This document shows positions 27,970-37,747 of a stretch of DNA of 56,203 nt, piece after piece. Under the pieces are notes generated by a model. It was not told where the DNA came from, searched no databases, and saw nothing but the letters and a program-made list of their open reading frames with translations. The stretch is from a virus (lineage: Duplodnaviria > Caudoviricetes), in the IMG/VR virus record IMGVR_UViG_3300030060_001517, positions 1 to 56,203 of that record, one strand, 5' to 3'. How positions within the stretch are numbered: the stretch's first letter is position 1; each line of letters begins with the position of its first letter. A program made the translations under genes and the position numbers.

Positions 27970-29615
27970 TGGGTAGTATATTTCAAGGCACACCACAGGC
28001 AGCAACATCGTACACTACGCAAAGTACAGAAACACCTAAATGGATGCAAGATGCTATTTATAATCAAGTTCAATGGGCGCAAAATATCGCCAATAAACCA
28101 TATGAAGGATATGATCTTCCAACAGTAGCAGATTTATCTCCGTTACAACAAAGAGCATATTCAGGTATTGAAGATCAGCAAGGAGCATATAAAGATAAAT
28201 TAAATAAAGCATCTGCTGGAATGGAAGCTATGACTAGTGCAGGTACTGCAGATGCTTTAAGAGGTGAACAAGCTAAATTTTTAAGGCAAGATTTAGTAGG
28301 TGCTAATTTAGATGCAGGGCAAGATTTATTTGATAGAGCAGGTAGAATTAGTCCTATGCAATCTTCTCAAGCAGCATTGGATAGAGCTAGTCAATTAGAT
28401 GTAATTGGTTCTGCTCAACCTTTGTTAAATGAAGCAGCAGGTTCGGCAAGAAATATAGTAGGAGCAGGTAGAGGTTACTTAACCGATGCTGCTGCGATGA
28501 GTAGTATGAATGCTGCTAATCCTTATCTAAGCCAATCTCAAACTACTACAGCTGAAACATTAGCAGAAAGAGCATTGACTGCTGCTAATCCTTATTTAAC
28601 TTCTGCCAGTCAAACTGCTGTTACAGATGTAGCAGATTATATGAACCCTTATCAACAAAATGTTCTTGATACGATAGCTAAACAGGGTACGAGAAATTTA
28701 ACAGAAAATTTATTACCAGGAGTTCAAGATGCTTTCATTAAAGCTGGTCAATTTGGTAGTAGAGGTATGGGTGAGTTTGGTTCAAGAGCATTAAGAGATA
28801 CACAAGAAGCAATATTAAGACAACAAGCACCTGTTGCAGCACAAGGATATGCTGAAGCATTAAGAGCATCTCAAGCAGATAAAGCAAGACAAGCACAATT
28901 AGCAGGTACAGTAGGAAGTATTTCAGGAGCAGATTTATCAAGAGGATTACAGGGAGCAGGTCAATATGCTCAGTTAGGACAAACTGCAGGACAGTTAACA
29001 GGTCAAGATGCTGCTAGATTAGCAGGTATAGGTAAAGATCTAAGCGGTATTACAGGAACTCAAGCATCAGCATTAAGTAATATCGCTGGTCAAACAGGTC
29101 AATTAACTGATGCGCAAATGAGAAATTTAGCTAACTTAGGTCAAACTCAAGCACAGGTAGCATCATCTGAAATGCAAAATTTAGCTAATTTAGGACAAAC
29201 TAGAACTCAAGCTGGTGCACAACAACAGCAGTTTGGTTTAGAAGCAGCATCTACAGCACAGCAAGCAGAAGCAGCAGATATGAGAAGACAAATGGATGCT
29301 TTAGGTGCATTATCAAATTTAGCAGCGCAAGAGCAAAGTTTAGCATACACAGATTTAGCAGCATTAGAAGCAGCAGGACAAGCACAACAACGACAACTTC
29401 AAACTCAACTTTCTGCAGCAGAAAAAGAATATCTAGATCAGCAGTTATATCCGCAAAGACAAATGGATTGGTTAAGCACACAAATAAGAGGTTTAGCTCC
29501 TATTGTTCCACAGCAACAAACTACTGCTCAATCTACTACAGGAGGTACTTACAGTCCTTCACCATTATCACAAGTTGCCACTGGCTTAGCTACTTACAAA
29601 GGGTTAACATCATAG
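27969..29615 (+). CDS. Internal virion / DNA ejection protein
   Basis: Gln/Ala-rich helical repeats; YMNPYQQNV and AGQFGSRG motifs. Confidence 0.7.
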   Translation: MGSIFQGTPQAATSYTTQSTETPKWMQDAIYNQVQWAQNIANKPYEGYDLPTVADLSPLQQRAYSGIEDQQGAYKDKLNKASAGMEAMTSAGTADALRGEQAKFLRQDLVGANLDAGQDLFDRAGRISPMQSSQAALDRASQLDVIGSAQPLLNEAAGSARNIVGAGRGYLTDAAAMSSMNAANPYLSQSQTTTAETLAERALTAANPYLTSASQTAVTDVADYMNPYQQNVLDTIAKQGTRNLTENLLPGVQDAFIKAGQFGSRGMGEFGSRALRDTQEAILRQQAPVAAQGYAEALRASQADKARQAQLAGTVGSISGADLSRGLQGAGQYAQLGQTAGQLTGQDAARLAGIGKDLSGITGTQASALSNIAGQTGQLTDAQMRNLANLGQTQAQVASSEMQNLANLGQTRTQAGAQQQQFGLEAASTAQQAEAADMRRQMDALGALSNLAAQEQSLAYTDLAALEAAGQAQQRQLQTQLSAAEKEYLDQQLYPQRQMDWLSTQIRGLAPIVPQQQTTAQSTTGGTYSPSPLSQVATGLATYKGLTS

Positions 29616-29624
29616 GAGAATATT

Positions 29625-32021
29625 ATGGGTGCAAATTTAAATAGATTAATGAAACAATATGGTGTTAGTACAGCAAGTAAAGCACCATATTTAGGAACAA
29701 CTGAAAAAGATAGAGAAGCATATGACACTTATAGTAAAGAATATGATAGGAGAATGTTAGGAACTCCTGCTTATGCTCAAACTCAGTTTGATACTTCTAG
29801 ACCTCCTATGCGTACTAAAGATAAAAAGATTGGAGGAATTTTAGATCCTCTTCCTGATTGGATTAAACCACCTCCGCCAGGAGCTATTGTTACACAGGCT
29901 TTTGAATTTATAACTAATCCTGTTACTGGTGAAGTTCATCAAGTTCCTACTGGCGGTTATTCTATAAATGAAGATGCCTTTACTAATATGGAATTAACAG
30001 GTAATTATTATGATGATATTTTAGCTAATCCTATTTATGAAACAGTTGTTGAAGATACTATAGATGGCGGAAGTGGTAACGATACTATAACTTTACCAGT
30101 TATTCCTCCTGGCATTGATTTATCTGGTTTAAATAATCCTATAACTGGAAATTTAAGTAATATACCAGGATTAACAGTTGGTGCAGGATATAAATGGGAC
30201 GAGAATGGAAATATAATTTTTGACAGTAGTGCTGTAACTTCACCAGTAGTCCGAGATCTTCCTAATGCAGATGATATGACTTTTAGTGATGAAAATGTAG
30301 ATCTAACTCAGACATACGGATTATATAACACTGGGGGAAGAGCTATCCCTAATATTACAGTTACAGCACCAAGAGAAAATTATCCTAGTTTTAATACTTA
30401 CTCAATGAATATGCCAATGTACACAAATGCAGAACAAAGTGCTAATGCTAGATTGTTTGGAGATCCTTCTGGCTTAGAAGTATTAAGATCAGTAACAGAT
30501 GATCGTCAATTTCAAGATCATTTGGATTATTTAGCTGAAAATATAGAAGATATTCCAATGGAAATAAATGTAGAAGATATAGAAATAAAAGCATCTGATT
30601 TAGCTCCAACAGATGTTTATTATCAAGGTCAAACATTTGATGAAATGAAAAATGCATTATACGGAGGAGCAAAGAAATTTTACGATGCTTCAGGTAAAGT
30701 AGCAAGAGATATAGGTAACATTCCTGTGTTAGGTCCTTTAGGTAAAAATATGATTGCTGCTAATTTAGGTCTTGCTGATGCAATATTACTTGGTCAAATA
30801 AGAGGTGCTGTTCCTCCAATAGATAGTGTTCTTAAAAATTATGGTTTTAATGAAGGAGGAAATGTAGATATAGATGTTATTGAAGATTCTACTGATATAG
30901 AAGTGCTTTCAGAAAATGTGCAACCTAATGCTAGATCAAGTAGATATGAAGAGCTTAGATCTATGTTAGAAAAACCTACATCAAGTTATGATGCTCAAAT
31001 AACTGATTTAACTTCTCAATTAGGTGATCAACAAACTCAGTTTATGAGTATGATTGAAAGTATGGCAAATAATCAATCAACAGGTCCTAGTGATGCTGAA
31101 AAATATTTTAGGTTAGCAGCAGCATTTGGAACTCCTACTCAAAGTGGTCATTTTATGGAGAATTTAGCTTTAGCTGGTAAAGAGTTAGGAGATATTAAAA
31201 AAGAAACTAGAGAAGCTACTCAAAAAGGAGATGCTTTAAGACTTCAAGGTTTACAATATGGTATGGACATGTTAAAAGATAGATTAGAAAATGTTCAAAC
31301 TTTATCTACATATGAAAAAGAAACTTTTAAAGATTATCAAAAAATGATTTTTGAAGCAGAAGAAGAATATTTCAAAGTACAAGATGAAAGAGAATATGAT
31401 CTTAAAGTATTACAAGATGAAAGAGAGTATGATGCTACTAAACCTAAAAGTGAAGCAGCAAAAATTGCTTCAGATATGGGATTAACAAGAGGTAGTGAAG
31501 AGTATAATATATTTATAAAAGAGTATTATGATAAACAAAATTTAATAAGAGATTTAGAAATACAACAATTAGAACGACAAGCAACTACATTAAGTAATCC
31601 TGAAATAAGTGCGTTAGAGAAAAACGATCTTAAATTACAAGCAGCAGATAAAGCAATTATAGATTTAGAAAGAGCTTTAGAGTTAAATAAGGACGCATAC
31701 ACTGGTAATTTTTATGATCAAAAAATAAAATTTGTTAAAGGTTTAATTGATTCAGATGATCCTAGATATATGGCAACAGAAGAATTAGAAAATTTATTAG
31801 CTAAAGCAGGTTTAACTCAATTAAAAGCGACCTTCGGCGGTAACATTTCTGATGGTGAAAGACAAGCTATTTTAAAGATACAAGGTATTGAAAGTAAAGG
31901 TGTAGCAGCTCGTAAACAAATTTTAGAAAATGCATTAAAAGCGATGCGGTCTGTATTGAAGAAAGCTGAAACTAAAAGAGATGAAATCAGATCTGGTGAA
32001 TACACAAGGAGGACTAACTAA
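29625..32021 (+). CDS. Large internal virion protein
   Basis: 798 aa; C-terminal LKATFGGNISDGER motif; short QDEREYD duplication. Confidence 0.65.
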   Translation: MGANLNRLMKQYGVSTASKAPYLGTTEKDREAYDTYSKEYDRRMLGTPAYAQTQFDTSRPPMRTKDKKIGGILDPLPDWIKPPPPGAIVTQAFEFITNPVTGEVHQVPTGGYSINEDAFTNMELTGNYYDDILANPIYETVVEDTIDGGSGNDTITLPVIPPGIDLSGLNNPITGNLSNIPGLTVGAGYKWDENGNIIFDSSAVTSPVVRDLPNADDMTFSDENVDLTQTYGLYNTGGRAIPNITVTAPRENYPSFNTYSMNMPMYTNAEQSANARLFGDPSGLEVLRSVTDDRQFQDHLDYLAENIEDIPMEINVEDIEIKASDLAPTDVYYQGQTFDEMKNALYGGAKKFYDASGKVARDIGNIPVLGPLGKNMIAANLGLADAILLGQIRGAVPPIDSVLKNYGFNEGGNVDIDVIEDSTDIEVLSENVQPNARSSRYEELRSMLEKPTSSYDAQITDLTSQLGDQQTQFMSMIESMANNQSTGPSDAEKYFRLAAAFGTPTQSGHFMENLALAGKELGDIKKETREATQKGDALRLQGLQYGMDMLKDRLENVQTLSTYEKETFKDYQKMIFEAEEEYFKVQDEREYDLKVLQDEREYDATKPKSEAAKIASDMGLTRGSEEYNIFIKEYYDKQNLIRDLEIQQLERQATTLSNPEISALEKNDLKLQAADKAIIDLERALELNKDAYTGNFYDQKIKFVKGLIDSDDPRYMATEELENLLAKAGLTQLKATFGGNISDGERQAILKIQGIESKGVAARKQILENALKAMRSVLKKAETKRDEIRSGEYTRRTN

Positions 32022-34027
32022 TGGCAGATAATTATTTTGGCAATTTAGCTCGGGCTACTCTTGGTCAAGGTTTAGCTATGGGTTGGGGAGATGAACTTGA
32101 AGCTAAATTAAGATCATTAAAAGGACCAGAAACTTATGAAGAAGAATTAGCTATGATACAAGACAGTTATAATAAATTTTCAGCAGAAAATCCTGGAACA
32201 GCTTTAACCAGTGAACTTGTAGGAGGTTTTATACCTACAGTAGCAGCAATGGTATCTACTCCTTTTAGTGGTGGAACTTCAGCACCTTTGGCAGCAGCAG
32301 GTGCTACAAGAACAGCAGGTAATTTAGCAAAAATAGCAAATTTAGTTAAAAATAGTAAATTTTTAAAAAATCCTTACGGTAGAGGAGTTGCTGTGGGTGC
32401 ACCTACAGGAGCAATAACTGGAGCAGGAACTGCTGATATAGATGATAGAACTAGCGGTGGTATTGTAGGTACTGTTCTTGGATCAACTTTAGGTCTAGTA
32501 ATACCAGGAGGTATTAGAACTGTAAAAGGAACTTATAATTTTTTAAAAGAAAGACTGGGTAACAATGCTCAGTTTTTAGATGAAGCATCATTTAAAAGAT
32601 TATACGAAGCTATAACACAAAATGGTGGTACTCCTCAAGATGTAGTAGATGAAGTAGTAAAAGGTGCAGAGTTAGGAGTGCCTGTAAACATAGGTACATC
32701 AACTGCAGGAACTAGAGCATTAAGTGAAGTTGTAATTAATAAAGGAGGAGAAGCAGGAGATGAATTAACTGAGATTTTACTAAATCAAAAAGGTAATCAA
32801 GGTCCAAGAATAATAAAAAGAATTCAAGATGATTTAGGAGATAAAAATTATTATGACACTGCAGATGAGTTAGCTGGTGATTTAAGATTTAAAGCAAACA
32901 AAGCATATCAAAATGCATATGATTTTGGAGTAGTAGATGATCCAAGAATATTAAATCTTTTAGAAAACAATCCTCAATTTAAAAAAGCATTTAATAATGC
33001 TAAGAAAATTTCTCAAACTGAAGTAGATGCTGATATATTAGCAGGAGGTGACGGAAGTAAATTTGCATTAACTCCTTACAAAATAGTAGATGGTAAAGCT
33101 GAGGTGTTACCTGATGTAAGAACTTTAGATTATTTAAAAAGAGGGCTAGACGAAGAAATAAGTCGTTTATTTAGAGCAGGTAAATCTGATCAAGGTACAG
33201 CATTGAAAAAATTAAGAGATTCATATGTAGACATTATTGATGAAGTTACTGAAGTAGATGGAGTATCAGCTTATAAACAAGCTAGAAAAGTTTTTGCTGG
33301 AGAAATAGAAGTTATAAATGCTCTAGAATTAGGTAAAAAAGATTTTAGAAAATTAGCACCAGAACAGCTTTCTAAAAAATTTGAAAAATTTAGTGATGCT
33401 GAAAGCGAAGCATTTACAATAGGAGCAACCAGAGATTTATTAGATATGATAACTAAAAATGCAACTGATGCTAACTTTGCTAAAAAGTTATTTGGTTCTC
33501 AAGATATGCAAAAGAAAATTCAAATGCTTTTCCCTGCAGCAGGAGACGAATCTTTCGCTTTATTTGAACAAGCAATGTTAAGAGAAGCACAGTTGTTTAA
33601 TCAAATAAGTAAAATAACAGGAGGTTCTCCTACAGCCAGAAGATTAGGAGCACAAGAAATATATGATCAAACAGGAGACGGTATAGGTTTTGTAGATACT
33701 GTAGCTGATAGTATGAGTCCAAGCGGTTTAATTAGAAATGTTCTTAACATGATAAGAAGTGCTAAAGTCTCTGATGAAATTCAATCAAGGTTAGCTAAAA
33801 TGTTAGGTTCATCTGATCCTGAAGAAGTAGCTGTAGCAGTAGAAGCTATAGAAGATTACGCAAGGAAAAGATTACCTAAAGAAGCACAAACTGATTTAGT
33901 AGAATCCACTAATGTCTTTGGCGGTACTACATTTTTAACTGATGTCAATCCAGGAGAAACTTCAGGACCACAACCGGATTTTTCTGAAATTTATGAATCT
34001 GAAACTATTGAGGAGGAAAATGAATAA
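32021..34027 (+). CDS. Large internal virion / ejection protein
   Basis: GQGLAMGWGDELEA N-terminus, Gly zippers, GGSPTARRL motif. Confidence 0.7.
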   Translation: MADNYFGNLARATLGQGLAMGWGDELEAKLRSLKGPETYEEELAMIQDSYNKFSAENPGTALTSELVGGFIPTVAAMVSTPFSGGTSAPLAAAGATRTAGNLAKIANLVKNSKFLKNPYGRGVAVGAPTGAITGAGTADIDDRTSGGIVGTVLGSTLGLVIPGGIRTVKGTYNFLKERLGNNAQFLDEASFKRLYEAITQNGGTPQDVVDEVVKGAELGVPVNIGTSTAGTRALSEVVINKGGEAGDELTEILLNQKGNQGPRIIKRIQDDLGDKNYYDTADELAGDLRFKANKAYQNAYDFGVVDDPRILNLLENNPQFKKAFNNAKKISQTEVDADILAGGDGSKFALTPYKIVDGKAEVLPDVRTLDYLKRGLDEEISRLFRAGKSDQGTALKKLRDSYVDIIDEVTEVDGVSAYKQARKVFAGEIEVINALELGKKDFRKLAPEQLSKKFEKFSDAESEAFTIGATRDLLDMITKNATDANFAKKLFGSQDMQKKIQMLFPAAGDESFALFEQAMLREAQLFNQISKITGGSPTARRLGAQEIYDQTGDGIGFVDTVADSMSPSGLIRNVLNMIRSAKVSDEIQSRLAKMLGSSDPEEVAVAVEAIEDYARKRLPKEAQTDLVESTNVFGGTTFLTDVNPGETSGPQPDFSEIYESETIEEENE

Positions 34028-34586
34028 TATTATAGAAGCAATAAAAAGTATTATTTCACCAGAGCAGAACTGGTCTGCTTTTGCGATGAAAATAACTGGT
34101 CTCGTTGTAGTTGCTGTAATTGCTTATGTAGGTTTTCAGCAATATACAAATTTAACAATTGAAGAAGATAATCAAAATATACCGATTATAGAAGTATTTG
34201 AAAAACAACCAGAAAAACAAACTGAAGTAGAAGATCTGCTAGGTAAATTATTAAGGTCTGATCGTGACATAAACTCTGTATGGTTATATGATTGGGTAGA
34301 TGCTCGAAATGTAGTACCATTAATGATGTTTCCTAGAAATAGCGATGACCTTTTACCAACAGGTTATTTTATGGAAGGTGATGAGTATGTTATAGGTCAT
34401 TTTGTTTTAAGTCAATGCACTTCTTTAGATAGAGATGCACCCAACATTGCATGTCCAATAATGTCTACAGATGATGCTTGGGGAGTGTTGGTAGTAACTT
34501 ATCAAGATGGTGTAGAACCTAATATGAAAACAACAAAAGCTACTGCAATGAAACTTTCTGAAATTTTATATTTACAAAATAATTAA
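34020..34586 (+). CDS. Single-TM membrane protein resembling T4 holin T (TM plus GAF-like periplasmic domain)
   Basis: GAGGAGG RBS; one N-terminal TM; V(W)LY.W and ACPI.....GVL.V pattern; located in the lysis region. Confidence 0.5.
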   Translation: MNNIIEAIKSIISPEQNWSAFAMKITGLVVVAVIAYVGFQQYTNLTIEEDNQNIPIIEVFEKQPEKQTEVEDLLGKLLRSDRDINSVWLYDWVDARNVVPLMMFPRNSDDLLPTGYFMEGDEYVIGHFVLSQCTSLDRDAPNIACPIMSTDDAWGVLVVTYQDGVEPNMKTTKATAMKLSEILYLQNN

Positions 34587-34597
34587 AGAAGAGAAAA

Positions 34598-35218
34598 ATG
34601 AAAAAATTTATATTAGCAATTTTATTAAACTTTTTAATATTTGAAAATTCAATTGCAGATGTTGAGTGGAATGCTTCAATTACAAATGAGTATATCTGGA
34701 GAGGAATGTCTCAAGGAGATGGAGCAGCACTATCAGGTGGAATTGATATTTCAGGTGAGTCAGGTCTTTGGGCAGGTGCTTGGGTTTCTAATGTAGATTT
34801 TGATGACAATGCAACTTATGAACTTGACCTCTATGTTGGATACACTATCGGTTCTTTAAGTGTCGGTTACATATATTATGCTTTTCCAAACAATACTGAC
34901 GAAGGTTATGACTCTAGTGAAATAACTTTAGCTGTTGATATTGGTGCTTTTACATTTGGAGCAAATATATTAGCAGACGCAGATTGGGAAATGGACTTTG
35001 GAGATGAGGTTTATTATTCAATAGACACTGCATTAAGTTTAACTGATGAAATAGATTTAGGTCTTCATCTTGGGTTTTATGATTATGATGTTGATGATGA
35101 CGAAACAGATTATGGAATATCTATTGATTTTAATTCTGGTTTTTCATTAGGTATAATTGACAGCACTAGAGATGACAGCGATCCATTCTTTGTTATTTCT
35201 TATTCACTTAATGGATAA
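34598..35218 (+). CDS. TorF / Gcw_chp-family outer-membrane beta-barrel (putative porin)
   Basis: Signal peptide; EYIWRGMSQ, ALSGGID, GLWAGAWVSNVDF and ELDLYVGY motifs. Confidence 0.85.
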   Translation: MKKFILAILLNFLIFENSIADVEWNASITNEYIWRGMSQGDGAALSGGIDISGESGLWAGAWVSNVDFDDNATYELDLYVGYTIGSLSVGYIYYAFPNNTDEGYDSSEITLAVDIGAFTFGANILADADWEMDFGDEVYYSIDTALSLTDEIDLGLHLGFYDYDVDDDETDYGISIDFNSGFSLGIIDSTRDDSDPFFVISYSLNG

Positions 35219-35232
35219 AAGGAGTAATATAA

Positions 35233-35502
35233 ATGAGCGAATGGAAAATAGATAAAAATATAACCACAACATTTTTATTAGGATTAGGCATACAAGCATT
35301 TGCTATCGTATGGTCATTTTCTATGATGATGTCAACTATTAATGATCATGAAGAAGACATTGCTCAAATTCAAGAAAGATTAATTAAATTAGAAGACGCA
35401 GTTCAACTTCAAGCAGTTACTTCTGCTAGAATTGATGCTAATATTGAAGCTATTAAAGATACTGTAGAAGACATATCTGATAATATGGGAGAAATAAAAT
35501 GA
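35233..35502 (+). CDS. Single-TM coiled-coil protein (holin/antiholin-like)
   Basis: W.IDK.I, TM helix, then a heptad coiled coil; AAGGAG RBS. Confidence 0.65.
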   Translation: MSEWKIDKNITTTFLLGLGIQAFAIVWSFSMMMSTINDHEEDIAQIQERLIKLEDAVQLQAVTSARIDANIEAIKDTVEDISDNMGEIK

Positions 35503-35960
35503 TTAGTTTATTAGGATCGTTACTCGGTTTTGGCACATCTTTTTTGCCAAGTGTTTTAGGGTTCTTTGAAAAGAAAGCAAAATTTAAACAAGACTTACTT
35601 ATGCTTGAAGCAAAAGCAAAATATGCTGAGCAAATGTCAAAATATAAAATACAAGAGTTAGATGCTGAAGCAGATATTGCAGAAGCAAAAGCTATCTATG
35701 CTCATGCTGAACAACTTGCTAAAAATAATTCTTCTAAATTTATTGGCGCATTACAAGCATCAGTCAGACCTGTTATCACATACTTATTATTTTCTGTATT
35801 TGCTTTTGTTAAAGTTACACAAGTTATCATGGCAGTTAAGAGCGGTGGGGATGTTTTAGAAGGTATTGTTGCTGCATGGGATTTAGAAACTCAAGCTATG
35901 TTTAGTGCTGTTATAGCATTTTGGTTTGGTAATCGCATGATGAAATCAGCTAAAAAGTAG
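35499..35960 (+). CDS. Holin, GTA 3TM-like
   Basis: LLGSLLGFGTSFLP, ASVRPVITY and AVIAFWFGNR motifs; basic tail. Confidence 0.7.
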   Translation: MISLLGSLLGFGTSFLPSVLGFFEKKAKFKQDLLMLEAKAKYAEQMSKYKIQELDAEADIAEAKAIYAHAEQLAKNNSSKFIGALQASVRPVITYLLFSVFAFVKVTQVIMAVKSGGDVLEGIVAAWDLETQAMFSAVIAFWFGNRMMKSAKK

Positions 35961-36020
35961 CTAAAAACAAAGAATTTACAAAAATAATTAAAAATAATTA
36001 AATTATTTTTAAAAAAGGGC

Positions 36021-36100
36021 TTTACTTTTTCAATGAAGTATGCTATAGTAATTATGTTGGGTTGGGAAATTCAACATTTTAATAACTTAATAACTTATAA
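36021..36100 (+). promoter_or_regulatory. Strong early promoter with leader hairpin and TAACTTATAA box
   Basis: TTTACT-N17-TATAGT with extended TG; A/T-rich UP tract; ATGTTG/CAACAT hairpin; TAACTTATAA at 36091-36100. Confidence 0.8.
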
Positions 36101-36105
36101 CAAGG

Positions 36106-36666
36106 ATGAATAAAATGATTAAATTAAATAAAGTAACTAAAGAACAAGTAGCTGAAGCATTAAGAGTGTTATTAGAAAAGCAAGTAGAGATTGCTAACAG
36201 ACCTAATAAACCTTATGACCCATCTGAGAATGATTGGATTAAAGAAATGGATGCAAGGGAGAGAGGTGAAGAACCATTCCAGCATGTTACCCAGCAAAGA
36301 TGGAATTTTTATAAAGCAGAAGTTGGTAATCCTTTTGACATGAGAGATGAGATTATCGATGTTTGTAAAAACCCACCACAACCTGAAATTGAAGAAGTTG
36401 TGGTTAGAGTAAAACAAGATGAATTTTTAGAAACAGAAATACATGTTGGTACAAAATCTAAATATTCAAGATATGATTATTTTCAAGTAGTAGAATATGA
36501 AGACGGTGCCATTAATATTTATTTAAGAGACATGGGTTACGATTTATTTAACATGGAAGATGGCGGTTTAACTGAAAATTTCATGGCAGCTTTAAAACCT
36601 CTTGAAACTGATGACCAATATTTTGAATGGGTTAATAATTCAAATATTAGCATTAACAATAATTAA
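36106..36666 (+). CDS. Hypothetical early protein
   Basis: First ORF after the promoter; acidic; no recognised motif. Confidence 0.75.
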   Translation: MNKMIKLNKVTKEQVAEALRVLLEKQVEIANRPNKPYDPSENDWIKEMDARERGEEPFQHVTQQRWNFYKAEVGNPFDMRDEIIDVCKNPPQPEIEEVVVRVKQDEFLETEIHVGTKSKYSRYDYFQVVEYEDGAINIYLRDMGYDLFNMEDGGLTENFMAALKPLETDDQYFEWVNNSNISINNN

Positions 36667-36701
36667 TAACTTATAACAGGGAGAGGGGACGAAAGTCCCC
36701 T
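36667..36701 (+). promoter_or_regulatory. TAACTTATAA box followed by a GAAA-tetraloop hairpin
   Basis: TAACTTATAA 36667-76; AGGGGAC-GAAA-GTCCCCT 36684-36701, between the SD-like sequence and ATG 36710. Confidence 0.6.
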
Positions 36702-36709
36702 ATTAAAAA

Positions 36710-37147
36710 ATGAAACTATATTATAACAGTAAAGGTCAATGGGCAGGTAATCAAGATGATGCGAAAGCATTCGGTTTACCATTTGAGCAATGTGATGTTC
36801 CTTATGATAAAAAAGGTCTATTAGAATTCTTAAATGAAAATGCTGTAAAATCTACTAATGCTTCTGCAGGAAATATTGATCCTGTGATAATCAAAAGTGG
36901 TAACACTATTAGTACACCTCTTTCTTATGTTAAAGATGAAGTAGGTGTTACTGAAATACAAAACATTTATGATAATTTAAGAAGTTTGTATGTCACAAGT
37001 GAGATGGCATTCAAAGCAGCAAGTCATATTATGAGCAAATTAGGTCATATAAGTGATCAAACAGAATTGTTAAAAGATGAATGTTTTGAAGAAATTGATA
37101 ACTACTTAAAAATGAATGCTAAAATAGATGGAGATAAAAATGAGTAA
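36710..37147 (+). CDS. Hypothetical early protein
   Basis: MKLY...G.WAG.Q.DA....DVP.DK.GLLEFLN N-terminal motif. Confidence 0.75.
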   Translation: MKLYYNSKGQWAGNQDDAKAFGLPFEQCDVPYDKKGLLEFLNENAVKSTNASAGNIDPVIIKSGNTISTPLSYVKDEVGVTEIQNIYDNLRSLYVTSEMAFKAASHIMSKLGHISDQTELLKDECFEEIDNYLKMNAKIDGDKNE

Positions 37148-37676
37148 GATAAACTATATTAAATCTGAATATTTTGGTTCTTGGGTAATGAGGTGTAATG
37201 GATTAGAGCAACATGATCTAACTCCTAAACAGTTTTTGAAACATTTTAATTCATTCCACAACTTACCTGCTGATACAGAAGTGCCTAGGGATTTTAAAAG
37301 AGCAAAATTAAATCATCTGCTGAATACTGAATGTTGGTATTCAGCAGACGGTAAATATAAAGTCGCTAAAGCTATTTGTAAATATGGTGACTGTAATTTT
37401 GTTGTTCATAAAGAAGGTTGGGAAATTATTTGGCTATCAATTAGAATTAATAATGGCGAAGATCATTTAAGAGATTGGAGAGACTTCCAAGAAATTAAAA
37501 ATGATCTAGCTGGTAGAAATCGTGAAGCGGTAGAAGTATATCCTGACGAAAATAAATTAGTAGATGAGGTTAACACTTACCATCTATGGGTCTACCCAGA
37601 AGGATTTGAAACTCCTATGGGATGGACTGACAGAAGTGTACAAGAAGACAATGGTGAAGACCAGAGGAGAATTTAA
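37140..37676 (+). CDS. Conserved phage hypothetical protein
   Basis: WLSIR...WRDFQEIKN.L.G...EAVEVYP....LVD..N.YHLW motif; GGAG RBS. Confidence 0.8.
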   Translation: MSKINYIKSEYFGSWVMRCNGLEQHDLTPKQFLKHFNSFHNLPADTEVPRDFKRAKLNHLLNTECWYSADGKYKVAKAICKYGDCNFVVHKEGWEIIWLSIRINNGEDHLRDWRDFQEIKNDLAGRNREAVEVYPDENKLVDEVNTYHLWVYPEGFETPMGWTDRSVQEDNGEDQRRI

Positions 37677-37689
37677 TTAAAAATAATCC

Positions 37690-37735
37690 TTTACTTTTTA
37701 AAAATGATAAACTATATTAAAAATATAACTTATAA
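37690..37735 (+). promoter_or_regulatory. Promoter (TTTACT...TATATT) with TAACTTATAA box
   Basis: Same -35 hexamer; box lies just before the GGAG RBS; coordinates approximate. Confidence 0.6.
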
Positions 37736-37747
37736 CTGGAGAATAAA

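Noticed and set aside
31378-31433. 23-bp duplication encoding QDEREYD twice
   Set aside because: An ordinary in-frame coiled-coil repeat.
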